This document shows, piece by piece, positions 10,897-21,988 of a stretch of DNA of 64,000 bases. The position numbers and the translations under genes are program-made. This stretch comes from an uncultured delta proteobacterium. GTDB lineage: Bacteria; Desulfobacterota; Desulfomonilia; UBA1062. The stretch covers positions 160,001-224,000 of the forward strand of contig CAWAUM010000007.1 in the NCBI GenBank assembly GCA_963785235.1. The letters run 5' to 3'. The notes below the pieces were generated by a model, which had not been told where the DNA came from, did not search any database, and was given only the letters and a program-made list of their open reading frames with translations. The stretch's first letter is position 1, and each line of letters opens with the position of its first letter.

Positions 10897-12168
10897 ATGG
10901 AAGCTGATCCCCGCATACAGGCGCTCATGAGCAAGGGTGTTACAATACCTGATGCCCTCAATATCATCATCGGAAAAGAAGTGGATCTGGATAAAGTATC
11001 GGGCAGCGATGTGGTCATTCACCCGGGGTGCAGGATTCAAGGCAGCAAGACCCTTATCATGGACGGTGTAAGACTTGGCCAGGAAGGTCCTGTTACCATC
11101 GAAGACTGCCAGATAGGGCCCAAGGTGGAGCTCAAGGGTGGTTACTTCAGGAAATCGGTCTTTCACAAGGGTTCAAGCATGGCATCCGGGGCACACGTCA
11201 GGGATGCATGCATACTTGAAGAAGAGGCAAGCTGTGCTCACACGGTGGGCCTCAAGCACACCATATTGTTCCCCTTTGTAACGCTGGGCAGCCTGATAAA
11301 CTTCTGCGATTGCCTCATGGCCGGGGGGACGAGCCGCAGGAACCACAGCGAGGTGGGCAGCTCGTACATCCACTTCAACTTTACCCCCAACCAGGACAAG
11401 GCGACCCCGTCGCTTCTCGGTGATGTACCCCACGGTGTCATGCTCGACCAGCAGCCCATTTTTCTTGGCGGCCAGGGAGGTCTTGTGGGCCCTTCGCTTA
11501 TCGGATACGGGACCGTGATTGCAGCAGGTGTCATCTTCCGGGGCGATTTCGCTGAAGGACATAAGATAATTACAGGCACACCGAATGTGCCGGCGCGAAA
11601 GAAATACATTCCAGGGCTCGTGATGAAGTTGAAGGACAAGGTCAGGAACAACATAGTTTACATTGCCAACCTTATCGCCCTGAAGGCATGGTACTACCAT
11701 GTCAGGTCCTTATTTGCCGGTTCAGGACCCTTGGACATTGCCCTGCTGGAAGGGGCCATTGAAAAGCTGGATATGGCCATAACCGAGAGGTTTGCAAGGT
11801 TTGAGGCCTTCATCGATAAGCTCCCTGAATCATTGATCCTGCACAAGGGTTCTGCCGGGTCATGGGCCCCGCCCGGCATGATCACTCAACAGGAGGAGCT
11901 GTTCAGGAACTGGAGCATGATAGCGGACTTGATAGAAGCAAACCGTTCGTACTCAGGCAGCGATGAGGTGAGGGACGCCTTCCTTGCAGCGCTTTATAAG
12001 GATATTCCCCAGGGGAACTCCGACTATATTGCTGCCATCAAGGGACTCCCGGAGGCAGTACGGAAAAGCGGAGTTGCCTGGCTGAACGGCATCGTGCAGG
12101 ATATCACCGATGGGGCGATGGATATGATACCATCATTTAAAATGTCTCCCGGCGCAGGGATTAAGTAA
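10897..12168 (+). CDS. GlmU-like hexapeptide-repeat protein (no obvious N-terminal nucleotidyltransferase domain)
   Basis: Begins at a region resembling the GlmU linker (LMSKGVTIPD), followed by hexapeptide-like repeats; lies directly after glmM. Confidence 0.7.
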   Translation: MEADPRIQALMSKGVTIPDALNIIIGKEVDLDKVSGSDVVIHPGCRIQGSKTLIMDGVRLGQEGPVTIEDCQIGPKVELKGGYFRKSVFHKGSSMASGAHVRDACILEEEASCAHTVGLKHTILFPFVTLGSLINFCDCLMAGGTSRRNHSEVGSSYIHFNFTPNQDKATPSLLGDVPHGVMLDQQPIFLGGQGGLVGPSLIGYGTVIAAGVIFRGDFAEGHKIITGTPNVPARKKYIPGLVMKLKDKVRNNIVYIANLIALKAWYYHVRSLFAGSGPLDIALLEGAIEKLDMAITERFARFEAFIDKLPESLILHKGSAGSWAPPGMITQQEELFRNWSMIADLIEANRSYSGSDEVRDAFLAALYKDIPQGNSDYIAAIKGLPEAVRKSGVAWLNGIVQDITDGAMDMIPSFKMSPGAGIK

Positions 12169-13575
12169 TCAGCAATAACTGCTCCCATCCCAGCAGTGGG
12201 TGCACAGCCTCTCCTTGGGCAGGCCAATGGCCTGAATAAGGTCGCCCATGGTCTGGTACTTGAGCGATGTCATGCCTAGTGTTTTTCTGATCTGTTCCAC
12301 CATTGCACAGTTTTTTTCCGAACCTGCCGTGGCGTATTCATCGAGGAACAGATCGTCCTTACCCTCAAGGGCCTTAATGGCCTTTCTTCCTGCAAGGTCA
12401 AGCTGGGACCTTGAGGCTGAGAAGTTGAGAAACTCGCAGGGAAAGATCAGCGTCGGGCAGGCTATTCTCAGGTGAACCTCTCTGGCGCCGTATTCGTAGA
12501 GGATCTGAATGTGGTCCTGGAGCTGGGTGCCGCGCACGATGGAGTCATCGCAGAAGATCATGCGCTTCCCTTCGATGATGGCCCTGTTGGGGATGAGCTT
12601 CATCTTGGCAACCAGGTCCCTGACTTCCTGATTCTGAGGCATGAAGCTGCGTGGCCAGGTTGGGGTGTATTTTACATAGGGCCTCATGTAGGGGATGCCC
12701 TTTCCCATGGCATAACCCAGGGCATGGCCGATGCCGGAATCCGGAATTCCCGAGACAAGATCAGCCTCGATTGTGTCCTTGACCGCCAGGGCTTTTCCGC
12801 ACCGGTAACGGACTTCCTCTACGTTGATACCTTCATAAGCAGCCGGCGGATAGCCGTAGTAGACCCACAGGAATGAGCAAATCTGCATCTTGTCTCCTGG
12901 AGGGCTGACCTGTTTGTAGCCATCCGGAGTGATGAGAACAATCTCTGAGGGGCCTATAAAATACTCGGTATCAAATCCCAGATTCGGGAAGACGCTCGAC
13001 TCGGAGGATACGGCATATGCACCATCCTTGACCCCGATCACTATGGGCGTCCTGCCATATTTGTCACGGGCGGAATAGATACCCTCACGGGTCAGGATGA
13101 GCATGGTGCAGGAGCCCTTGATGCTGTCATGGACACGGCGGATGCCGTCTATGAAGTTGTCCTCCTCACAGATGAGCATGGCGATAAGTTCGGTGGGATT
13201 GATGTCAAAACCTGAGGTCTCGGAAAAATATTTTCTCTTGGAGAAGGCCCTTTTGCCGAGTTCATCAAGGTTATTTATCTTGCTCACGGTCACGATGCCG
13301 AAGGTACCCAGGTGGGAATTGATGATGAGCGGTTGAGAATCGGTGTCGCTGATGACACCTATTCCCATTCTGCCCTGGAACTGTGCGAGGTCAGTCTCGA
13401 ATTTGGAGCGGAAATAGTCATTTTCTATGCTGTGAATGGACCTGGTGAAGCCTTTCTCATTGACCACTGCCAGGCCGGCGCGTTTGGTGCCCAGGTGGGA
13501 ATGGTAGTCAGTGCCGTAGAAAAGGTCCTTAACGCAGTCTCGATCTTTTGAAACAATGCCGAATACCCCACCCAT
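12169..13575 (-). CDS. purF: Amidophosphoribosyltransferase (variant lacking the N-terminal Cys)
   Basis: ARDKYGRTP, GIPDSG and the PRPP loop DDSIVRGT are present, with Fe-S cysteines (ICSF, ACP..FPC, CTHC). The N-terminus is MGGVFG. Confidence 0.9.
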   Translation of the reverse strand: MGGVFGIVSKDRDCVKDLFYGTDYHSHLGTKRAGLAVVNEKGFTRSIHSIENDYFRSKFETDLAQFQGRMGIGVISDTDSQPLIINSHLGTFGIVTVSKINNLDELGKRAFSKRKYFSETSGFDINPTELIAMLICEEDNFIDGIRRVHDSIKGSCTMLILTREGIYSARDKYGRTPIVIGVKDGAYAVSSESSVFPNLGFDTEYFIGPSEIVLITPDGYKQVSPPGDKMQICSFLWVYYGYPPAAYEGINVEEVRYRCGKALAVKDTIEADLVSGIPDSGIGHALGYAMGKGIPYMRPYVKYTPTWPRSFMPQNQEVRDLVAKMKLIPNRAIIEGKRMIFCDDSIVRGTQLQDHIQILYEYGAREVHLRIACPTLIFPCEFLNFSASRSQLDLAGRKAIKALEGKDDLFLDEYATAGSEKNCAMVEQIRKTLGMTSLKYQTMGDLIQAIGLPKERLCTHCWDGSSYC

Positions 13576-13622
13576 ATTTACATCCCTCCATTGGAGTAAT
13601 ATCGTGTTGTATGATTATAGTT

Positions 13623-15161
13623 TCATTCCCACTCTATGGTGCTTGGTGGTTTTGAGCTGATGTCATAGACCACCCGATTCACTCCCTTGACCTCATTGAT
13701 GATGCGGGTGGAGATTTTTGCCAGCAGATCATAGGGGATCTTTACCCAGTCCGCTGTCATGCCGTCCAGGCTGTGCACTGCACGGATGGAAATGACATTG
13801 GCATAGGTGCGCTCATCACCCATAACCCCTACGCTCTTGACAGGCAGCAGCACGGCGAAGGACTGCCAGACGTCCTTATATCCTTCCCATCGTACCATCT
13901 CCTCATGCACCCGTCGGTCCGCCTCCTGGAGGATTTTCACGTTCTCTCTGGTTACCTCCCCAAGGATGCGCACTGCAAGGCCCGGACCCGGGAAAGGCTG
14001 ACGTTTGAGGATGGAATCAGGCAGACCCAGTTCCTTGCCGAGCACCCTCACCTCATCCTTGAAGAGCTCCTTTAAAGGCTCTATGAGCGTGAACTTCAGG
14101 TCTTCAGGCAGGCCGCCCACATTGTGGTGGCTCTTGATCATGGCGGACGGCCCCCCCTTGGCGGACCTGCTCTCGATGACATCAGGGTATAAGGTCCCCT
14201 GGGCGAGGAAGTCGGCGCCACCGATACGGTCGGCCTCTTTATAGAATACATCGATAAAGGTCCGGCCGATGATCTTGCGCTTCTCTTCGGGCTCGGTCAC
14301 CCCGGCAAAGGCCTTGAAGAAGCGATCCTTCGAATCCACGATATCGAGGTTCAACGGGTAAACCTCGGTAAAGGTTGTGCGGATCTCCTCGGCCTCACCC
14401 CCGCGAAGCACACCGTTGTCAACGAAGATTGCCGTCATCTGCTTCCCTATGGCCTTGTCCATAAGGGCTGCCACAACCGCCGAGTCTACACCGCCGGACA
14501 TGCCGCAGATGACACGGGCATCACCGACTTGCGCCCTTATGCTCTTTATGGATTCTTCGATGAACCCCTTCATGGTCCAGCCGCCCGAACACCGGGCAAT
14601 CTTGAAAAGGAAATTTCTCAAGAGCTCTATGCCTTTGGGTGTATGCACCACCTCAGGGTGAAACTGCACACCGTAAATCTTCCGGCTCTCATCCCCCATG
14701 GCAGCCACAACGCACGAGCTTGTATTGGCAAGTATGGAATAACCCTTGGGCGGGATTGCTACATGGTCGCCGTGGCTCATCCAGACATCAAGGCTGCTGT
14801 CGAGTCCATCGAAGAGCCCGCCTGGTTTGATCACCTCAATTGTGGCAGGACCATATTCTCGGGCTATCCCGCGTTCGAGTTTTCCGCCAAGGATAACCGA
14901 AAGGAGCTGCAGTCCGTAGCAGATGCCGAGCACAGGGATACCGAGATTGAAGATTTCGGCATCAATCTCAGGATGATCCTTGTCGAGTACCGAGGCAGGA
15001 CCGCCGGAAAGGACCACTGCCTTGGGCGACAGGGCGCTGAGCTCGACGTGGGAGATGTCATGGGGAAGTATCTCACAGTACACGCCGCACTCCCTGATAC
15101 GTCGTGAAATAAGCTGGGCATACTGGGAACCGAAGTCGAGGACCGCTACAAGCTCACGCAT
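13623..15161 (-). CDS. guaA: GMP synthase (glutamine-hydrolysing)
   Basis: LDFGSQY, LGICYG, QFHPEV, SGGVDS, IKSHHNVGGLP and KPPSTIEWE motifs. Confidence 0.97.
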   Translation of the reverse strand: MRELVAVLDFGSQYAQLISRRIRECGVYCEILPHDISHVELSALSPKAVVLSGGPASVLDKDHPEIDAEIFNLGIPVLGICYGLQLLSVILGGKLERGIAREYGPATIEVIKPGGLFDGLDSSLDVWMSHGDHVAIPPKGYSILANTSSCVVAAMGDESRKIYGVQFHPEVVHTPKGIELLRNFLFKIARCSGGWTMKGFIEESIKSIRAQVGDARVICGMSGGVDSAVVAALMDKAIGKQMTAIFVDNGVLRGGEAEEIRTTFTEVYPLNLDIVDSKDRFFKAFAGVTEPEEKRKIIGRTFIDVFYKEADRIGGADFLAQGTLYPDVIESRSAKGGPSAMIKSHHNVGGLPEDLKFTLIEPLKELFKDEVRVLGKELGLPDSILKRQPFPGPGLAVRILGEVTRENVKILQEADRRVHEEMVRWEGYKDVWQSFAVLLPVKSVGVMGDERTYANVISIRAVHSLDGMTADWVKIPYDLLAKISTRIINEVKGVNRVVYDISSKPPSTIEWE

Positions 15162-15239
15162 TGATCATTACTCCATATAGCCATCAGGAAAGATATTTTC
15201 TGTCCAATTCTGCAAAGGGTGGAACTCACTTGTCATGAT

Positions 15240-16073
15240 TTATACCCTGACCATGACCTCTCCGGCGAAGACCGTATCCACAGGGCCCATAAGCCAGACC
15301 TGGGAATAATTGTTGCCCAGTTCGGCAAAGTCGATCTTCAGCTGGCCGCCTTTCATATCCACGAACACCGGTGTGCTTGCGACCTTTCCCAGGTTCTTCG
15401 AGATAATGGCGGATGCCACGGCTCCCGTGCCGCATGCAAGGGTCTCATCCTCCACCCCGCGCTCGTAGGTGCGTACACGGATACGGTTGCCTTCAAGCAC
15501 CTGCACGAAATCGGCATTGGTCCCAGCCGGACTGAAGCGGCTGTGAAATCTGACGGCCCGGCCGAGCTCTGCTACCGGGACAGTATCTACGGATTCGAAA
15601 AAGATAATAGCATGGGGAACACCCGTGTTGATGAAGTGCGCTGTAAGGGGTTTGGCCAGGACATCAATTGCGATGTCGGTTTCCAGTCCGAAAGGCGCTG
15701 TCATCTCGATGGCAATGTTTTCTCCATCAATCCTGGCGCCTATGGTGCCTGCAAGTGTCTTGAAACGCATGGGAGTTTTTGCGATGCCCTGCTGATGGGC
15801 AAAAAGGGCTGCACACCGAGCGCCGTTGCCACACATCTCGGCCTCGCTTCCGTCGGCATTGAAGATCCGGAAGGTGAAATCGGTATCCGTATCTTCACCC
15901 AGCACGATGACACCATCTGCGCCTATGCCGGTCTTCAAGGTGCAGGCGCTGATTGCAAAGGCCTGCCAGTCAAGATGAACAGGGTTTTTTACATTGTTCA
16001 CCATGATAAAGTCATTTCCTGCCCCTGCCATCTTGGTGAAGGGAACCCTTATCTCACCGGCTGTTGACCCCAT
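15240..16073 (-). CDS. dapF: Diaminopimelate epimerase
   Basis: FTKMAGAGNDF, EMCGNGARC and ERGVEDETLACGTG motifs. Confidence 0.95.
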   Translation of the reverse strand: MGSTAGEIRVPFTKMAGAGNDFIMVNNVKNPVHLDWQAFAISACTLKTGIGADGVIVLGEDTDTDFTFRIFNADGSEAEMCGNGARCAALFAHQQGIAKTPMRFKTLAGTIGARIDGENIAIEMTAPFGLETDIAIDVLAKPLTAHFINTGVPHAIIFFESVDTVPVAELGRAVRFHSRFSPAGTNADFVQVLEGNRIRVRTYERGVEDETLACGTGAVASAIISKNLGKVASTPVFVDMKGGQLKIDFAELGNNYSQVWLMGPVDTVFAGEVMVRV

Positions 16074-16322
16074 GACCTCTTGTTCCCCCTGGTAGTAAAA
16101 AAATTGTATTTTTTATGTGATATTCAAGGTATTGTTGACTTAACAGAGTAAGGGGTATGCGTCAAGAATGGAAGCAGTGTGTCTTATGGCTGAATCATTC
16201 ATTAACAAGCATAAATAATGTTGGTGTCCCTATTGTTCTCACCAGTAATAGCTACTATATACAATAAAGAACATATCGTCTTCACATGAGTTAATTTGTA
16301 TATATGCATGGGGACATAAAAC

Positions 16323-18102
16323 ATGAATGATGAGAATCTGCACAGAGAAGATCTCCTAAAGGCCCTGGCCGAAGCCCGTCAGACAATCGCCGAACTGAGT
16401 AACATGGCAGCCGAGCAGAAGAAGGTTGAGGAATCCCTGCGTGAGGGTGCAGAAAAATACCGCATGCATTTCTCTCTGGCAAACGATGTCATGTTCACTT
16501 ACGATAACCAGTTCAGGGTTCTCAGTGTCTCTCCCAACGTAGAAAGGGTGCTGGGGTACAAACCTGAGGAGCTGATCGGCGGGACCTTTCAGGGTCTTCA
16601 TGTTCTGCACCCGGATTATATGGAACTGGCGTTCAGTAACGCACTGAAGGTTCTCTCAGGAAATACTGTATATTCTTCAATTTATGAGTTTATCACGAAA
16701 GACGGGTCAAGAAAATTCGGAGAGGTCAGCGGTGTCCCTGTTTTCCGTGATGACAAGGTCGTAGAGGTGATTACCGTGGCCAGGGATATTACCAAACGCA
16801 TGGATATGGAAAAATCCCTGCAGGAAAGCGAGGAAAGATACCGGAACACCCTGCAGAGCATGCCGGATGCGGTGAGCATTATCCGGGTTCAGGACTTGGA
16901 ATATCTCTACACTAATGACGCATTCAGCAAGATAACCGGGTACTCCCCTGATGAGACCATTGGGAAAACGCCTTCTGACCTGAATCTGCCCGTGAGTTCA
17001 GATGTTATTGATCAATGCATTGAGATCATAAAAGACAGCAGATCAACTGACAGCCTTGAGCAACAGTGCCGTAAGAAGGATGGAACCATTATCGACACCC
17101 TTATTTCTGCCAGACCGATTCACTACAGCGGAGATAACGCCATGATCATGGTTATGGCAGATATAACTGCTCTTAAACAGATGGAAGAAGAGAAGAAGAG
17201 GTTGGAGATACAGTCACAGAAAATGGATTCCATTGCTACATTAGCAAGTGGCATTGCCCATGATTTTAATAATCTCCTTACAACCATCATCGGATTCACA
17301 AAGATGACAATGAAAGATATCGTGGGACATTCCAAGGGCGAGATAGACTTAAGCGTAGTCCGCAGCGATCTGGGTGAAGTGCGTAATGCAGCCTTACGGG
17401 CAAGAGACCTTGTGAATCATATTCTGGCATTCAGCCGGCATACCGAGAAGGAATATGAGCCACATGGACCTTGGTTCGACAGTACAAGATTCGCTCAAAG
17501 CATTGAGCCCGACATTTCCTGCAAACATCAGGATTCGAGAAGACATTGCAGATTCAAAGATGATCCTGGGTGATCCTGTTCAGATTCATCAGGTAATGAT
17601 GAACCTTTGTACCAATGCCGCCTATGCCATGGATAAAGCTGGAGGTGAGCTCGATGTGAGCATTGCAAGGATTGCAGTAGGTCAAGACGCTGCAACCCTT
17701 AACCTGGATGTGCCTTCAGGGCCATATGTAAGGTTGACCGTCAGGGATACCGGCCATGGTATGACAAATAAGGTTATGGTGCGGATCTTTGATCCCTATT
17801 TTACCACCAAATTCAATGGAAGAGGTACCGGCCTCGGATTATCGGTTGTTCACGGTATTGTGAAAAGTCATGGAGGCACAATCGTCTGTAAGAGTGCCCC
17901 GGGGAAAGGAACCACCTTTGATATTTACCTTCCCGAGTTTGAATTGAAAAAGCAGCAGGATGGAAAAATCATCAATACATCCAGTTCAAGCGAGAACAAG
18001 AGAATCCTCAATCTTGATGATGAACTATCTGCCAATGAGATGGTGAACAAGACAAAAGACAATAAACGGATATTCATCGATCCCAAAAACAAACAGACAT
18101 AA
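16323..18102 (+). CDS. PAS-PAS sensor histidine kinase (frameshift near 17455; truncated receiver tail)
   Basis: Two PAS domains and H-box GIAHDFNNLL in ORF 16323-17573. N/G boxes (NLCTNA, DTGHG, FTTK..GTGLGL) in ORF 17455-18102. Confidence 0.85.
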
Positions 18103-18284
18103 TTACATTACATCGTTGAACTCATCCCTGTATCTGGCCACTCCGGCAATACCTTATAATAAGACAGGATTCATGTTAATGATCATAAAAACCTCATCTG
18201 GTACGCCATCTTGCCGGCCTGATAATCCATGCCATAAGGCAGGCTCAAAACCAAATCGAGGATAGTATTTCAATTTCTTAAAGT

Positions 18285-18324
18285 ACAAAAATGAGCAAAC
18301 TCAGGTATAATGAAACAATAATGT
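18285..18324. promoter_or_regulatory. Candidate tandem enhancer sites (ACA-N4-TGW) upstream of the GSIII promoter
   Basis: ACAAAAATGA (18285-94) and ACAATAATGT (18315-24) are 30 bp apart. Similar pairs occur upstream of amtB and the glt module. Confidence 0.55.
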
Positions 18325-18389
18325 TGAAATAGATCAAGAGATAAGTGAAATTAATTTAATAAAAACAATGCAGTATTGGATTGAGGATT

Positions 18390-18405
18390 TGGCATCGTCC
18401 TTGCT
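18390..18405 (+). promoter_or_regulatory. Sigma54 promoter of GSIII
   Basis: TGGCAT-CGTCC-TTGCT matches the -24/-12 consensus TGGCAC-N5-TTGCW. Confidence 0.85.
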
Positions 18406-18699
18406 CAAAGAAGAAGCGGGACGAAATGAAAGGAGGATTTCACAAAGACCGGATCAGACGACAGGCAAGGGTGACAGGGCAGTTCCATAAACTATTTTAC
18501 CGCTGCTGTTTTGAACTGATAACATAAGGACGCCCCCAATGCTTTCCCTCAGAAGAAAATTTACTCCGGATTTGCATTGAATAGGTATCCTGGCTGATTT
18601 AATATATTTGTAAGTAATTCAAGGAGAGAACACAAATAACAATTCCAGATTTAGTGCCCGAGTTCATTTTACAGAACTATTATACTAAATGGAGGAGCA

Positions 18700-20869
18700 A
18701 TGAAGGTTATAAATCCAATTACAGCTTCAGAGAGAAATTATTTCATTGAGAAAGAAAAAGAAGTACAGATATCGAAGTATTACGGGGAGGACATTTTCAG
18801 CGCCAAGGTAATGCAGCAGAAGCTTCCCAAAGATGTCTACCTGCGCGTTATCGAAATCATCAATGAAGGGCGGAAGATGGATGCCGAGACCGCAAACTCA
18901 GTCGCTCATGCCATAAAAGAATGGGCTATCGACAAGGGGGCCACACATTACTGTCACTGGTTCCAGCCCATGACCGGCTCCACCGCAGAAAAGCACGATG
19001 CGTTCATCGAATTCACGGGTTCAGGCAATATTATCGAGAGATTTTCAGGCAAACAGCTCATTCAGGGCGAACCTGATGCATCAAGTTTTCCCAGCGGAGG
19101 ATTACGGTCCACCTTTGAAGCCCGCGGCTATACTGCATGGGATCCGACAAGCCCCGCCTTTATCATCAGAAACGGACTGGGCACAACCCTGTTCATCCCG
19201 ACCATATTCATCTCGTACACAGGCGAGGCACTTGACAAAAAGACCCCGCTTCTGCGTTCCATCAGCGCCATAAACAAAAGCGCAATCAACATGATGCGCC
19301 TTCTCGGCAACAACGAATCGAAGAAGGTATTCGCTACACTCGGACCCGAACAGGAATATTTCCTCATCGATCAGGATTATTATTACAAGAGGCAGGACCT
19401 GGTCTTAAGCGGCCGGAGCCTTTTTGGAGCAACACCGCCCAAAGGCCAGCAGCTGGAAGACCAGTATTTCGGCAGCATCAAGGAAAGGATCCTGTCCTTC
19501 ATGCACGATGTCGAAGAAGAGCTCTATAAGCTCGGCATACCTGCAAAGACCAGACATAACGAGGTGGCTCCCAGCCAGTTCGAAATCGCCCCCATCTTTG
19601 AAGAGGCAAACCTTGCCGCAGACCATAACCAGCTCGTCATGGAAACCATGAAGCGGGTTGCCACGACCCACAAGCTCAGGCTGCTGCTCCATGAAAAGCC
19701 ATTTGCCGGGATCAACGGCTCGGGAAAGCATGTAAACTGGTCTCTTTCGGACGACCTGGGCAACAACATGCTCAATCCGGGCAAGACCCCTCATGACAAT
19801 ATACAATTCCTCGTGTTCCTCATGGCCACTATCAAGGCCGTTAATACCCATGCAGATCTGCTCAGGGCATCCGTGGCATCGGCCGGCAATGATCACAGGC
19901 TTGGTGCCAATGAAGCTCCTCCGGCAATCATTTCCATATTCCTTGGCGAGCAGCTTACCAAGATCCTGGACAACATCGAGAAGGGCAAGATCACAAAGGC
20001 TACCGACGAAGCGATCATAGACCTCGGGGTCTCGAAGCTGCCGGTCCTCAGCAAGGACAGTACGGATCGGAACAGGACATCGCCCTTCGCATTCACCGGC
20101 AACAAATTTGAATTCCGGGCCGTAGGCTCTTCGCAGTCCATTTCTTTCCCGGCGACAATTCTCAATACCATAGTTGCCGAGAGTCTTGATATTCTGGCCA
20201 AAAAAATCAAGGCAAAGGGCGGAAAGGTGAACCAGGCAGCACTGGACGTAATCAAAGAAGAAGTGAAAGCCAATAAGGCAGTGCTGTTCATGGGTGATAA
20301 TTACACCAAGGAATGGGAAGACGAAGCAGCAAAGAGAGGACTGCCGAACAAGAAGACAAGCTGCGAAGCGCTGAAGGACATCAAAACCGACAAGGCCGTC
20401 AAGCTCTTTGAAAAGTATGGCGTGCTCTCCCCTGTAGAGCTGAAATCACGCTACCATGTCCGTCTTGAGAGATACATCAAGGAGATCGACATCGAGGCAG
20501 TTACGCTCTTCAACATGGTACAGAACCAGATTATTCCGGCTGCTGTAACCTATCAGAAGAACATCGCCAACTTCTGTCAGATCAGCAATTGATGTCATCG
20601 GAGAGGGCAAAGAGCTTAAGCCGCAGAAAGAGCTTGTCAAGACGGTAAGCGACCTGATCAGCGATACACAGAATCTGGTCAATGAACTCAAGGGCAAGAT
20701 TGACAAGGCAAATTCCATCGCATCAGAAGAAAAAAAGGCAGTTTATTTCTGCGATGAGATTAAAATGACCATGGCTGACATCAGGGACAAGGTAGATACC
20801 CTTGAGCATTACGTGGACAATGAGCTGTGGCCGGTGCCCAAGTATTGGGAGATGCTCTTTATCAGCTAG
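18700..20869 (+). CDS. Glutamine synthetase type III (frameshift near 20575)
   Basis: HWFQP.TG.TAEKHD, GEPDASSFPSGG, HEKPFAGINGSGKH and DRNRTSPFAFTGNKFEFRAVG motifs. The C-terminus WPVPKYWEMLFIS-stop is in another frame ending at 20869. Confidence 0.93.
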
Positions 20870-20915
20870 AAGATTCTGCAGAATTGAATAGGTAAAGATC
20901 AATAAGGGTACCATC

Positions 20916-20955
20916 AAAACAAAAGGCGGCTATTAAGATTGCCGCCTTTTGTTTT
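20916..20955. terminator. Bidirectional intrinsic terminator
   Basis: AAAACAAAAGGCGGC-10 nt loop-GCCGCCTTTTGTTTT lies between GSIII (+) and the cassette array (-). Confidence 0.9.
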
Positions 20956-21250
20956 TCACTTCATTATCGGTTTTTCAAATATTGTTTCAAGTCTCGGTAG
21001 TAATTCTCATGAGGCCCGATTATTACATTTTCTTGTGTATTAGTAATACAATCTGAAGATAGTAGATTTCATTCTATAGATGATGAGGACCACCATAAGC
21101 ATTTTCAAAATGGTGTCCCCAGACTTCCCAAGTCCGATGGCATCATGCTAAAATCATCCATTACTCCGTGGCTCTGACCATCAATCTCGATCTCTGCGGG
21201 AAGTCAGTATCCATCAGTTCTGATAATTTTCAGATTAATTTTTAGTGATT

Positions 21251-21304
21251 GGCCGACGCCATGCATCAGCGGCGGCTTTAGCCGTCCGGCGGATGCGATT
21301 GGCA
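21251..21304 (-). repeat. attC site 5 (degenerate)
   Basis: Minus strand TGCCAAT-CGCATCCGCCGGACGGCTAAAGCCGCCGCTGATGCATGGC-GTCGGCC. Both cores are mutated (AAC>AAT, GTT>GTC). Confidence 0.75.
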
Positions 21305-21307
21305 GGT

Positions 21308-21643
21308 TTATGGCTTACTATTGATGAATCTTTTCAAAAGGATATCTTCAACATTCTGCCGTGAATCTAACACAGATAAAATATAAACACTTTTTTTCGA
21401 TATCCTATAGATAACTCTCCAGGGAGAAATGATTAATTCGCGATATTGCATGATTCCTTGCTCTAGAAGTTCAGGAACTATACGACCTCTGTCTGGATAT
21501 GCATATAGGCTTGATGTGCGTTCTTTAAATTCCTTGAACTTTTCAAAGGCAATAGAGGGCCTTTCTATGGCGATGTATTCTATGATGCTTATGAGATCTT
21601 TCTCTGATGTCTCAGGCCATCTGACATCATATATTTTTTTCAT
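21308..21643 (-). CDS. RelE/ParE family toxin
   Basis: DLISIIEYIA, YPDRGRIVPEL, YRELIISPWRVIYRI and VLDSRQ; overlaps the antitoxin stop. Confidence 0.88.
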   Translation of the reverse strand: MKKIYDVRWPETSEKDLISIIEYIAIERPSIAFEKFKEFKERTSSLYAYPDRGRIVPELLEQGIMQYRELIISPWRVIYRISKKSVYILSVLDSRQNVEDILLKRFINSKP

Positions 21644-21921
21644 TTCCTTTTTTCTCTCAGAATAGTCTCTATATTTGAAAAAACTTCCTCTTGAGATTTT
21701 GACTTTCCATTCTTAATATCCTCTTCGCCTTGGGAGATCAGCTTTAATATGCCGATGGCATTTCTCATATTCTCATAACTTTCAGGATCCTGTAACACGG
21801 CCTTTGCTTCTCCATTTTGAGTAATGAAAACTGGTCGATGAGTCTCGTTAATTTGCTTGAGCAAATCAGCCGCTCTCGATTTAAGATAGGTAATGGGTCT
21901 GATATCTTTTGAAATATTCAC
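21640..21921 (-). CDS. Phd/YefM family antitoxin
   Basis: IRPITYLKSRAADLLKQINETHRPVFITQNGEAKAVL; GTG start. Confidence 0.9.
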   Translation of the reverse strand: MNISKDIRPITYLKSRAADLLKQINETHRPVFITQNGEAKAVLQDPESYENMRNAIGILKLISQGEEDIKNGKSKSQEEVFSNIETILREKRK

Positions 21922-21932
21922 ATTAGCACCTC

Positions 21933-21970
21933 CGGTCTATATATGGTACCATAATAAGACCGATTGTCAA
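21933..21970 (-). promoter_or_regulatory. Internal promoter/operator of the Phd-RelE cassette
   Basis: Minus-strand TTGACA at 21970-65 lies next to the palindrome CGGTCT..TATGGTACCATA..AGACCG (21933-62). Confidence 0.65.
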
Positions 21971-21988
21971 GATTTATAGGGGGCCTAC

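Noticed and set aside
16222-21119. TGGTGTCCC direct repeat flanking the PAS kinase-GSIII block as an insertion scar
   Set aside because: It is only 9 bp, recurs inside a gene near 24621, and no mobility gene is present.
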